From: Mobula hypostoma
Lineage: Eukaryota
Direction: 5' to 3'
Length of the DNA stretch: 64,000 nucleotides
NCBI RefSeq assembly: GCF_963921235.1
Contig: NC_086116.1
Coordinates: 57,288,001 to 57,352,000 of the forward strand
Under the pieces are notes generated by a model that saw only the letters and a program-made list of their open reading frames with translations, had not been told where the DNA came from and did no database searches. Below are positions 44,075 through 56,559 of the stretch, one piece after another. The position numbers and the translations under genes are program-made. The first letter of the stretch is position 1. Every line of letters begins with the position of its first letter.

Positions 44075-47000
44075 TGTTACATGCTCAAGGAGATCTGTTT
44101 TTTTTGTGAGAATGATGTAATGGTCTTTTGGAGGTCACCTGATGTGATTTTCCCGCCGATGTGAGGTCATGTGATGACATGTGCCCCTTGACTATATAAG
44201 GGTCGACTCAGGTGACACAGTTGGTTTTTGAGTTTGTAGATTTCCAGGTAGAACGTGTTGTGCCTCCGTTTCTGTTGCGTGTTTGTTTTTGTGACGCAGT
44301 TTCATTTTTAAAACAGTAATTTTCAAACGTACTTTTTGTAGTTTTCTTGGCTAGTCTATGCTAATATTTCATTTTCTTGTTTAATTATATGGTCTGTTGT
44401 AGGTTAACGGTTTTCTTTATATGTACCTGTTTTTTCTTTGTATTATATCGTTTTCGTTTTAATCGGTGTACTTTTTTTTATTCCTTTACTGTTTTATAAC
44501 TTTAGCTGATCTTTTTATATATATACTTTCTTTTAGTGAGCGTCTATCGGAAGTCATGGGGGTAGTTCTAGTGCTCGCTTCTTTCTGGCTGGTCTATCTT
44601 AGATTTAGCTTTGGGGTTACGGGGGTGGGGGGGGCTTCACTTTTTAGTTTTTCTTTCTTCTTGGTCTACTTATATTACCGAAGTATTGGTCACGTTCTCT
44701 TTCCCGTTATCTCTTGTTTACTCTGTTCCCTTTCCGGGTTCGTGGGTCGAACCTATTGTCAATCCTCCTTTATTTGAGGGTTGACTTTAGGGATTATGGA
44801 GTCTATTATTAATTTTGTCTCTTGGAATACTAATGGTCTTAATCATCCAATTAAAAGGAAAAAAGTCTTTAAAGTATTCTGGAGACTGAAAGCACATATT
44901 CTATTTTTATAAGAGACCCATGTGCGAAGGGGGGACAGATTACGTTTTTTTAAGTTCTGGAAGGCTCAACACTTCCATTCGAATTCCGACGCCAAAATTC
45001 GAGGAGTTTCTATTTTTATAGATCCCACAATCACTTTTGTGCAACACGATATTATTTCGGATCCGAATGGTAGATTTCTATTGGTTAGTGGTTTATTCTT
45101 TAATAAAAAGGTAGTTTTGGTTAACATCTATGCTCTTAAACTGGACTGTCCGGAATTTTATAAATCATTATTTAATTTGTTCCCGAATTTGAATGAGTTT
45201 TCACTGATCTGGGGTGGAGATCTTAATACTTGTTTATCCCCATTATTGGACCGTTCGGCTCCGTTATGGACTCTACCCAATAAATCTGCAACCTTGATTA
45301 ATTCATTTCTCTCAGATTCCGGGTCGACGGACATTTGGCATTTTTTGCATCCTCAGGAAAAAGATTTTTCTTTTTTTTCACATGTTCATCATTCCTATTC
45401 AAGAATTGATTATTTTTTTATTGACTCTCGTCTTATTTCTTCAGTGGTTAAATGTGAATATGACTCTATAACCATTTCGGATCATGCTCCACTTAAGCTT
45501 TCTATTAAAATATTGGCCAATACACAAAATAAAAGACAATGGCGTTTTAATTCGCTGTTGCTTCAGGACTCGGATTTTGTTAACTTTATGAATGAACAGA
45601 TTGATCTCTTTTTTACAATCAACTGTACAGAGGATATATCCATGAACACCCTTTGGGATACTTTTAAAGCTTATATTCGTGGTCAGATCATCTCGTATTC
45701 TGCTGCTTTGAGGAAGAAGCTGAAGCAGGAGGAGCTGGTAATTGTGAGCAAGATTAGGGAAATTCATAAGAAATATGTTACAGATCCCTCTGAGAAGTTG
45801 TATAAACAAAGAACTGAACTTCAAATGGAACACAGTTTATTACTTTCGTCCTCGATTGCAAATCAATTAATGAAACCAAGAAGCGAATTTTATATACATA
45901 GTGACAAAGTTGGTAAACTGTTGGCTAATCAGTTGAGGACTAACTATACTAAATTTCAAATTAATCAGATTTATAATCAAAAAGATCAACTGATATTTGA
46001 TCAAGCTGAGATTAATCAATCCTTTTTTGACTTTTATTCCTCCTTATATCAATCAGAGTTTCCACGAGATTCTAAACATATGTATGACTTTTTAGATAAC
46101 CTAGATTTCCCTAAGATTTCACACGATATATCTTCTATGTTAGACACTTCCTTTACCACTGATTTAAGAATGTTATTTTTTCTATGAACCCGGGGAAAGC
46201 TCCTGGTCCTGATGGGTTTACCGCGGAATTTTATAAATTTTTTGCATCCTCATTAATCCCTTGGTTATTCAGTGTTCTGGAGGCCTCATTAAAACTTGGT
46301 AAACTTCCCGAATCCTTTTATAGAGCATCGATCTCTTTAATATTAAAGAAGGATAAAGACCCTGCTCAATGTGCATCTTATAGACCAATATCTTTATTAA
46401 ATGTTGACTCTAAAATTTTTTCTAAATTATTAGCAAACAGATTAGAAAAGGCACTTCCTTATATTATCTCGGAAGACCAAACGGGTTTTATTAAAAGTAG
46501 TTACTCTTTTTATAATATTCGTACACTGTTAAACATTGTCTATACCCCGTCACAAAATGATCCTGAATGCGTCATTTCCCTAGATGCTGAAAAAGCCTTC
46601 GATAGGGTCGAATGGCCTTACTTATGTAAGGTGCTTGAAATGTTTAACTTCAGCCCGAAATTTATATCCTGGATCAAATAGTTATATCATTCTCCTATGG
46701 CCTCAGTTCGTACTAACTCTTTAAATTTTCTCTTTTCCTCTTTTTCTCCTCTTCTTCGAGGTACCAGACAAGGTTGTCCTCTTAGTCCTTTATTATTTGA
46801 TATTGCATTAGAACCTCTTGGAATTGCGATTCGAGAATCTCCAAATATTATTGGTATAACTCGTGGTTTAAAGTCTCATAAAGTATCACTTTATGCTGAT
46901 GATTTACTTTTATATATTTCTAATCCTCAAAAATCTATTCCTGCAGCTTTAGATTTATTAGCACAATTTAGTCTTTTTTCAGGTTATAAGTTAAATCTCA

Positions 47001-49330
47001 GTAAGAGTGAACTTCTCCCGATTAATAAGCAAGTTCCCTTATATCAGAATCTCCCGTTTAAATTGGTTAATAATCATTTTTCATATCTTGGGATTAAAAT
47101 TACCTGTAAACATAAGGATTTATTTAAGACTAATTTCCTACCCTTAATTGATCACATTACACAACTTCCATTTAAATAGTCTCCACTTTATTTAACTTTG
47201 ATTGGTCGTATTAATGCTGTTAAGATGTTTATTCTGCCAAAAATTTTATATGTATTTCAGGCATTACCGATTTTTTGTTCCAAAATCCTTTTTTGACAAA
47301 GTTAACTCTAAAATTTCTTCATTTATTTGGCAAAATAAAAACCCAAGACTGGGTAGAATACATCTACAGAAAGCTAAGAGAGATGGAGGTTTGGCATTAC
47401 CTAACTTTAGATTCTATTATTGGGCAATTAATATTCGACACATGAAATTTTGGTTATTTGACCAAGATACAGTATCCATTCCTAAATGGGTAGTATTGGA
47501 ATTACAATCTGCTCAAGGTTATGCACTTGGCTCCATTTTAGGTTCTTCTCTTCCTTACTTGAAACGCCATAAACAAGTTTCTAACCCGATAGTTAAACAT
47601 ACCTTACGTATTTGGTTTCAATTCCGAAAATTTTTCGATCTTAATCAATTTGGGCTTGCGATTCCTATTTTAGGCAACATATTCTTTCCCCCCTCTTCTA
47701 CGGACTGTGCCTTTCAAATTTGGAAGACTAATGGTATATCACGGTTTTTGGATTTATTTTTAGATGGCTCCCTTATGTCTTTTGAACAATTATCTAACAA
47801 ATGTAACTTACCAAGAATACATTTTTTTAGATATCTCCAAGTTAGAAATTTCCTAAGTACCATACTTTCTTTCTTTCCGACATTACCCCCTACGTATATT
47901 TTAGATACTATAATTAACCTTAACCCATGTCAAAAAGGTGTAACGGCTATTATTTATAATACTATCATGAAACTTAGGAAAGCTCCATTCCATAAGATTA
48001 GGTCAGATTGGGAAAAGGAATTGGGCTTTACTATCTTGGCAGATGACTGGGCGCATATTTTACAACTAGTCAATACTTCCTGTATCTGTTCCAAACATTC
48101 CCTAATTCAATTTAAAGTTGTTCATAGAGCACATATGTCTAAAGATAAATTAGCTCGTTTTTATTCTCATATTAACCCTCTTTGTGACAGATGTCATGGG
48201 GAGATAGCTTCCTTAAAACTCAAATGTTTTGGTCCTGTCCTACTTTGGAAACTTTTTGGAAAGACATTTTTAATATTATCTCAAAGGTATTGAATACAGA
48301 TATTTCTCCCCATCCTGTTACTGCTATCTTTGGATTACCTAAAATTTCCAGTAATCTTTCCCCTTCAGCCCGTAGAATGATTGCATTTCTTACTTTAATG
48401 GCGAAAAGATGTATTTTACAACATTGGAAGGAGATTAATGCCCCAACTACCTTTTTTTGGTTTTCTCAGATGATATTATGTTTAAATTTGGAGAAAATCA
48501 GAAGTAATCTTTATGGTACTTCAGTTAAATTTGAACAGACCTGGAGATCTTTTATTCAACATTTTCATTTAATGTAATTTTTTTTTTCTCTTTGCCCATA
48601 TTTACATTCCCTTCTTGCTTTTTAACTGTTTTTAATGGAAGGTCGGGTTTGAGGACGTGATTGTTTTAAATTGTTTAAGTCTACTTGATACCTAGTTAGC
48701 CCACTGCTTTGCTTTGCTTTTTAGATTAGTTGCACGGTAGGTTTTTTTTTGGGAGGTCTTTTTTTTGGGGTTTTTTCTTTTTATTGATATGTATGGAAAA
48801 TTAGTATACTATTATATTAAGTCGTTATTTTACATCTAAACTGTACTGTTAGTACTAATTTTTTGTGTGTATTAATATCTCGTGTAAATTTATATCGCAA
48901 CAGTGTATTAGTTTCTACATGGTTTACCTTTTGTGTACTAATTCAATAAAAAGATTTAAAAAGAAAGATTTAAACTGTTTATTTTCGGCATCGGGAATCC
49001 TGTGGACGGAACCAGTAGTAAAGGTGCGTCGGTGAAGAAATCTTTCTCCAGAGAAGTCTCTCCCAATTGAACGTGTAAAACTGTTGGACTTTCGAAGTTA
49101 TCGCTTTAAGAACTATATCTGACTGTATTGCTTTAAGAACTGTTTTCGCATTTAATGCTTTAAGAACCAGAGCCGAGTGGAGTTGATGAACGGCTGCGTA
49201 CCTGTTTAACCTTCGGTTAAAGTTTTCCTTTGTTTTTTTTCCCCTTATCGCTTATATGTGTTTAATAAATGTTTGGTTGTTTTCATAAAACCTGTCTCAA
49301 TTAATATACATTGTTGCCAGTTATGTAACA
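44075..49330 (+). mobile_element. Solo LTR (about 600 bp net) 20 bp after the NLR stop codon, interrupted by an L1
   Basis: Perfect 8-bp terminal inverted repeat TGTTACAT...ATGTAACA, perfect 4-bp TSD CCTG (44071-44074 and 49331-49334), TATATAA at 44193-44199 and AATAAA at 49264-49269. Confidence 0.85.
44314..48970 (+). mobile_element. L1-clade LINE, 5'-truncated, with a near-complete but disrupted ORF2
   Basis: ORF2 starts at ATG 44796 (SWNTNGLNHPIKRK...FL*ETH). APE motifs GGDLN and SRIDYFF; RT motifs GTRQGCPLSPLLF and LYADD; C-terminal CDRC...MFWSCP. AATAAA at 48945 and an A-rich tail; insertion at a TTTT/AAAA site. Several stops and frameshifts. Confidence 0.92.
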
Positions 49331-49639
49331 CCTGACACTTGTTGATCATCAACTGGTGTTTTAATTTACTGTTCAAGATGATGCCAAGCTGTGAGCTCTT
49401 GAACTCGGCTCAGTTTTGGGTTTTTTTGTTGGTCTGTGTATTTTGCATCCTTTAGTTCTATTCTTCTCTCGTCTGCAGGAAGCCAAAATTCTTCAGGCCT
49501 TTTAAATCAACTCCTCAGCTTCTTTTCTCCAGTCCTGCTGAAGGTTTTCAGCTGGAAATATCGACTGTACTTTTTTCCATAGATAATGCTTGGCAAAAAT
49601 TCCTCCAGCATTTTGAGTGTGTTGTGAAGACACACAGAG

Positions 49640-51290
49640 TTACATAGAACATAGAATAGTACAGCACAGTACAGGCCCTTTGGCCCACAATGTTGTGCTG
49701 ACCCTCAAACCCTGCCTCCCACCATAAGCCCCCAACTTAAATTCCTCCATATACCTGTCCAGTAGTCTCTTAAATTTCACTAGTGTATCTGCCTCCACCA
49801 CTGACTCAGGCAATGTATTCCACGCACCAACCACTCTCTGAGTAAAAAACCTTCCTCTAATATCCCCCTTGAACTTCCCACCCCTTACCTTAAAGCCATG
49901 TCCTCTTGTATTGAGCAGTGGTGTCCTGGGGAAGAGGCGCTGGCTGTCCACTCTATCTATTCCTCTTATTATCTTGTACACTTCTATCATGTCTCCTCTC
50001 ATCCTCCTTCTCTCCAAAGAGTAAAGCCCTAGCTCCTTTAATCTCTGATCATAATGCATACTTTCTAAACCAAGCAGCATCCTGGATTGAGCTCGATTTT
50101 TAAAAATTCTCATGACATATGTTCACGCCTTGTTTTAAGTAAACATGAAGTTAGATGCACATTTTGGACTCCCGTGTTTTCCTTTGAATTAGTTTTATGT
50201 TTTGAAGTTACAAAACATAACAGGGTGAGTCTGGGTTCAGGCTTGGATTTTTGAGACGGATGTGGGGGATTTTCGGGAATTAGAGAATGGGCCGAAGTTT
50301 AATGCCTTTGCTCCGTGTTGGAAGGATAGTGACGCAGGGCTGGGATGCTTGCTGACTGGGCTAGAATGTCCGGCCGGTTGTCGGACCGACAGACCATGTA
50401 CTGCTGGATGGAAGTGTGCAATACCATGTATCTCCCCTCCCCGCTCTCACTCTGCAGCCATAACAGACAGCAAAGCTGAGGCCAGCAGAGCTACGTGAGG
50501 CCGGCTGATGACCAGTCTCCCCCCTCCTGTTTGCTTCCCCAGCACAGCTGCCTCTGTGAGCCTCCCCCACACACTGTTTATGACTTATAAATGGTTTGAG
50601 TTATGAACGATTCCCAGGAACCTGTGGACCACTGGAGTGGAGAGGCTAATGACACGGACACGGTACTGAAACCCTAACTGCATCAGCAAAATTGTATGAC
50701 CAATCACTCAGAAACAGGTTTATTCTGCTGTTGTTCATTCTTGTATATCTACCAGTTTTGGGCCCCAAATCTCAGAAAGGATGTGTTGTCATGGGAGAGA
50801 GTCCAGGGGATGTTCACAAGGACATTGAAGATGTTAACATATGAGGAGTGTTTGGCAGCTTTAGGCCTGTATTCACTCGAATTGAGAAGAATGCAGGAGG
50901 GGGGATCTCATTGAAACCTACTGAACGTTGAAAGGACTAGATAGCGTGGATGTGGAGAGGGTGTTTTCTATGGTGGGGGTATCCAGAACTAGAGGGCACA
51001 GCATCAAAATTGAGGGGTGATCTTTTAGAACAGAAGTAAGGAGACATTTTTTTAGCCAGGGAGTAGTGAATCTGTGGAATGCTCTGCCACAGACTGTGGT
51101 GGAGGTCAAGTCTGTGGGTGTATTTAAAGCAGATGTTGATAGTTTCTTGATTGGTCAGAGCATCAAAAGATGGTGAGAAGGCAATGTGTTTGGTTGAGTG
51201 GGATCTGAGTTCAGCCATGATGGAATGGTGGAGCAGACTCGATGGGCTGAATGGCCTAATTCTGCTCCTGTGTCCTATGGTCTTACCAAT
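49640..51290. mobile_element. Cluster of CR1 3' ends (both strands) and short repeats
   Basis: ORF 49640-50113 (-) and CR1 + fragment at about 50750-51290. The piece at 50120-50230 is an inverted relative of 6260-6350. Confidence 0.75.
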
Positions 51291-51324
51291 AATACCGAAT
51301 TAAAAATATTGCTGCAGTTTTAGA

Positions 51325-54300
51325 AAGAATCAGAATCAGGTTCAATATCACCAGCATATGTCATGAAATTTGTCAGCTTAGTGGCAGCAGTACAATGCAA
51401 TACTTAATATAGAAACAAATAAATCAATCAATTACGGTAAGTGTATAACGGTATGGTAAGTGTGTAATTTAACTATTTAATATACATACGTATATTAAAT
51501 AGTTAAATTTAAAATAGCGCAAAAACAGCAATAATATATAGAAAAAAGTGAGGTAGTGTTCATGAGTTCAATGTCCATTTACGAATTGTATGGCAGAGAG
51601 GAAGAAGCTGTTCCTGAATCACTGGGTGTGTCCCTTCAGGCTTCTGTATCTCCTTCCTGCTGGTAACAATGAGAAGAGGACATGTTCTGTGTGATGGGGG
51701 TCCTTAATAATGGATGCCGCCTTTCTGAGGCACTGACCCCTGAAGATGTCTTTGAAACTACAAAGGCTAGTACCCAAGATGGAGCTGACTAATTTTACAA
51801 CTTCCTGTAGCTTCTTTTGATCCTGCTGAAGTAGATTTCCCCCTGCCCCACCCCCATACCAGACAGAACAACCGTAGAAGTTTTCAAGTATTTTAGGTGC
51901 CTTGCCTTCCAAATAACTATATCAATATGTTGGACCCAGATTAGATCCTCAGAGATTTTGACACCCAGGAACTTGAAACTGCTCACTCTCTCCATTTCTG
52001 ATCCCTCTATGAGGATTGGTTCGTATTCCCTCGACTTACCCTTTCTGAAGTCCAGTATCAGTTCTTTGGACTTACTGACATTGAGTGCCGGGTTGTTGCT
52101 GCAGCACCACTCAGCTAGCTGGTATATCTTGCTCCTGTATGCCCTCTCATCTCCATCTGAGAATCTGCCAACAATGGTCATGTCATCAACAAATTTATAT
52201 ATGGCATTTGAGCTGTGCCTAGCCACATAGTCATGGGTATAGAGACAGTAGAGCAGTTGGCTAAGCACCCACCACTGAGGTGTACCAGTGTTGTTCGTCA
52301 GCGAGGAGATGTTGTCACCAATCCACCCAGATTATGGTCTTCCAGTTAGTAAGTCAAGGATCCAATTGCAGTGGGAGGTACAGAGGCCCAGGTTCTGTGG
52401 ATTTCGATCAGGACTGTTCGAATGATAGTGTTAAATTCTGACCCGTCATAGGTGTTTGCATTGTCCAGGTGATCTAAGGCCACATGAAGAGCCATTGAGA
52501 TTGCATCTGCTGTAGACCTATTGTGGCGATAGGCAAATTGCAGTGGGTCCAGATCCTTGCTGAGGCAGGAGTTCAGTCTAGTCATGATCAACCTCTCAAA
52601 GCATTTCTTCACTGTAGATAATGAGTTTACTGGATGATAGTCATTAAGGCAGCTCACACTACTCTTCTTGGGCACTGGTATAATCGTTGCCTTTCGAAGC
52701 AGGTGAGAACTAACCACTGTAACAGTGAGAGATTGAAAATGTCTCTGAATACTCCCGCCAGTTGGTTGGCACAAGTTTTCAAAGCCTTACCAGGTTATGC
52801 ATTGGGGCCTGATGCCTTGCAAGGGTTCACCCTCTGAAAAAAATAGCCTAACAACGACCTCTAAGACAGAGATCATAGGGTCACCAGGTGCAGCAGGGAT
52901 CTTCACAGCTGTAGTTGTGTTCTCCCTTTCAAAGCAGGCATAGAAGACGTCGAGCTCATCTCGTAGAGAGGCATCACTGCTATTCATGCTATTGGGTTTC
53001 ACTTTCTAGGAAGTGATGTCCTACAAACCCTGCCAGGGTTGATGTGTATCCAATGTCGCCTCCAGTCTCGCTCAGAGTTGTTTCTTAGCTCTTGAAATAG
53101 CTCTCCACAATTCATACCTGCTTTTCTTGCACAGACCTGGTTCACCAGACTTAAATGCCACAGATATAGCCCTCAGCACACGACGAACCTCCTGGTTCAT
53201 CCGTGGCTTTTGGTTTGGGAACGTACAGCAGGTTTTCACAGGCACACATTCATCCACACAGTTTTTAATGAAATTGGTAGCTGCAGCATACTCACCCAGA
53301 TTTGAAGATGAATCCCTGAATACAGTCCAGACCACCAATTCAAAGCGCTCCTGTGCTTCCCTTGTCCATACCTTCTTGGTCCTCACTACTGGTGCTGCAG
53401 TCTTTAGTCTCTGCCTGTACTCGGAGTAGAAGTACAGCCAGGTGATCAGACTTTCTAGTGTGGGCATGGAATATCACGGTAAGCACTCATGATCTTGGTG
53501 TAACTGTGGCCCAGTGTGTTGTTTCCTTTGGTGATTTGTTGATGGTAATAAATTAGTGACTTTTTCAACCTGGCCTGGTTAAAATCCCCCAAAATGATGG
53601 TAAAGGCATCAAGGTGTGCTGTTTTGTTCCTGTTGGTCACTTTGCTCAGATCATCTGGAGTCTGTTTGACATTGGCCTGAGGTGGAATGTACACCACTAC
53701 CAAAATGATCGCAGAAATCTCCCACGAGATATTGCAAGTCTGTTGAACAGAATTGGGACAACATTGATACATTTATGCACCAAGAGGAGTTGATCATGAG
53801 ACACGCCTACACCTCTGCTTTTTGAGAGATTCACCAGCCCTATCCTGATGGTGTAGTGAACCCATCAATCTGAAAGGCTGTCTACACCAGTAGATAGTGT
53901 CAGGTATGGAAGGGGTTAACCAGGATCCCGTAAAACAAAGGATCCTACTGTCTCTCTGATACAGCCCCCCAGCTCTGAGATCTTCAGTTTTATTTACCAG
54001 AGACTCTACATTTGCCAGCAAGATAAGACCATAAGACAAAGCAGCAGAAGTCAGCCATTCGGCCCATCGAGTCTGCTCCGCCATTTTATAAGATCGTTGG
54101 TATTGGGAATTGAAAATCTCATTTTCTTTTAATGCACCAGTGAACCCGAACAGGAGCCTCATTGCCAACAAGGCCTCTTTGCAAGGATAGTATGGCCACA
54201 GTCAGCACTATTTCTGTCAGTTTTCAGCAGCAATAGATTGTTCAACTGCATGAAGACATCTTTGTTAACTGTATAGACCTTGGATGCAGTTGTGGAGTCA

Positions 54301-54385
54301 GCAAAGATGCTGCCGGTGCCTTCCAGAATGTAACAACAGAAATAGTTGCAATGCATAGATGGTTCTCCAAAAATCAGATGCAAAG
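51325..54385 (-). mobile_element. Rex1/Babar-like LINE, near full length, degenerate
   Basis: Endonuclease ILVVVYIPPQAN...ILGDFNQA; RT LNDYHPV...DPLQFAYRHNRSTADAI...YKFVDDMTIVG; CTGATT 3' tail at about 51330. Confidence 0.88.
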
Positions 54386-54530
54386 GAGATCTTCTCAGCA
54401 GTTAAAGGGGGAATGTGTTGTTACAGGCAAAGAGTGTTGCAATCACATACCTAACGAGTCTGAAGACATAATTGATTTGGCTGATTGTATCCATAAAGAA
54501 ACAGCTACGATATGTCAATCTGATGGAAGG
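54385..54530 (+). mobile_element. Retroviral envelope TM-subunit remnant
   Basis: KGECVVTGKECCNHIPNESEDIIDLADCIHKE contains the CX6CC motif of gamma-type env, preceded by a frameshifted DLL-AVKGG resembling the end of the immunosuppressive domain. Confidence 0.6.
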
Positions 54531-54929
54531 GATTCCTTTCACTGCATCCAGTTAAATCTAGGATGAGATTACAGGTGATAATATTTGCCCTGATACACCT
54601 TATCTTCATTTACAGTTTAACAGGGCTGCTCAAACTCAGGTAAGTGTACCAACTCATCAGGGCAATCCACCTGACAATGACGTAATTCCATAAATATCCT
54701 TTAACATTTTCATACCGGGTGATTTTTTGGTTATTTTATACTTAATTCAGGTACTGCATTTTCTTTCAGCTTCAGAATTTTAAGATGTAATGATTCTAAG
54801 TGTGTGACTTAGAATCAAAGGGGGAATATTAAATGTTGGTGTAGAATTGTTATTTTCCTTGTATATGCAGAGATATGCAGAGATTGAAGGAATTTTGAGT
54901 ATGTGCAGGCAGAATGGATTAATTAGGTT

Positions 54930-56100
54930 TCATTAGCTTAAGTAGATCAGCACAATGTCACGGGCTGAAGGGCTTTGTTCCTGTAATATACTGTTCTATG
55001 TTCAACCTGCATCTCATCTCTTAGTTACACCCACTGCAGGAAAATATTCTTACTGTCTACCATATCTACTTACTCAGTTTTACATTTCTCTATCAGATTC
55101 CCCTTTCAGTCTATGCTTTCCCAGAGGAAACAAATCCAATCACGTATTATAACCAAACTTCTGTAAGCCAGGCAACATCCTGGTGAATTTCCTCTGCAGC
55201 CTCTCCAGGATAACCACACTTGCCCAATAATGAAGCAGTTCCAGTCAGACAATTCATTGGATTTTGAATTTTGTCCCCATTTCAAAAATAGTCTATAATT
55301 TTTATTCTTTCTATCAAAGTGCATGGTCGTACACTTACTGACACTATATACCACCTGCCACTTCGTTGTCCATTCTCCTAATCTATCCAAGTCTTTCTGC
55401 AGCCTCCTGCCCCTCCACCTATCTTTATATTGAGTGCAAATTTGGCCACAAAGTCATCAATTCCATCATTGAAATCATGAACATACAACATAAAAAGAAG
55501 TCCCAACATTGATCCCTGTGGATCACCAGTAGTTCAAGGCAGCCCCCTTTATTCCTACTCCTTGCATTCTGCCAATCAGCCAATGCTCTGTCCATGCCAG
55601 TATCATTCCTGTAATACCATGAGCCATAATACCATCTTTTTAAGCAGTCTCATATACAGCAGCTTGTCAAAGGCCTTCTCAAAATCCAAGTACACGCTGT
55701 CCACCGATTCTTCCTTGTCTATCCTGTTTGTTATTTCCTCAAAGAATTCTAAGATTTGTTAGGCAAGATTTTCCCTTAAACAAACCATGCTGACTTTTGC
55801 CTGTTTTATCATATGCCTCCAAGTACCCCAAAACCACATCCTTAACAATCAACTCCGACTTCTTCCCAGCCACTGAGATCAGACTAACTGGCCTATAGTT
55901 TTCTTTCTTCTGCCTCTCTCTCTTCTTGAAGAGTGGAATGTCATTTGCAATTGTCCTGTCTTCTGAACCATTCTGGAATCTAGTGAATCTTGAAAGATCA
56001 TTACTAATGCTTCTGCAATCTCTTCAGCCACCTCTTTCAGAACTCTGGGGTGTACACCATCTGGTCCAGGTGACTTATCTACCTTCACACCTTTCAGTTT
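54930..56100 (-). mobile_element. CR1 LINE fragments
   Basis: KVDKSPGPDGVHPRVLKEVAEEI and other RT remnants. Confidence 0.8.
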
Positions 56101-56559
56101 CTAGTTATGGTAACTTCACACATTGCATGCTCCCTGGCACTCAAACCTCCAGCATATTGCAAGTGTCTTCTCTTCCACAGTGTAGACTGATGCAAAAAGG
56201 AAAGAAGAGTGTAAGAACAGTTAAGTGAGAAACATTCTTTAGGGGCTTCCAAAGGTAAGTAAAAATGCCAAATATTAACTAAAATGGATGTGGAAATTCT
56301 CTGAAGGTCGGGTAGCATCATTAGAAAGTGAAACAGGGTTAATACTTCAGGTCTGAGACCTTCCCGTGAAAAGAGATAAATGATATAAGATCTAGGACAT
56401 TATCTCTTACACTTTCCTCAGTTGTTGCCTGACTTGCCGAGCGTTTGCAGCGTTTTCGTTTATTACAAGGTAAAGACTCGTTTATAAATTCTATCGGAAG
56501 GAAAGTACATTATGTTGATCATGAAATTAAACGGGTGAATTAAATTTGGCTCCAAACAT

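Noticed and set aside
44796-48577. Active L1 or domesticated ORF2
   Set aside because: ORF1 is absent, there is a stop in the endonuclease QET motif, and several later stops and frameshifts occur.
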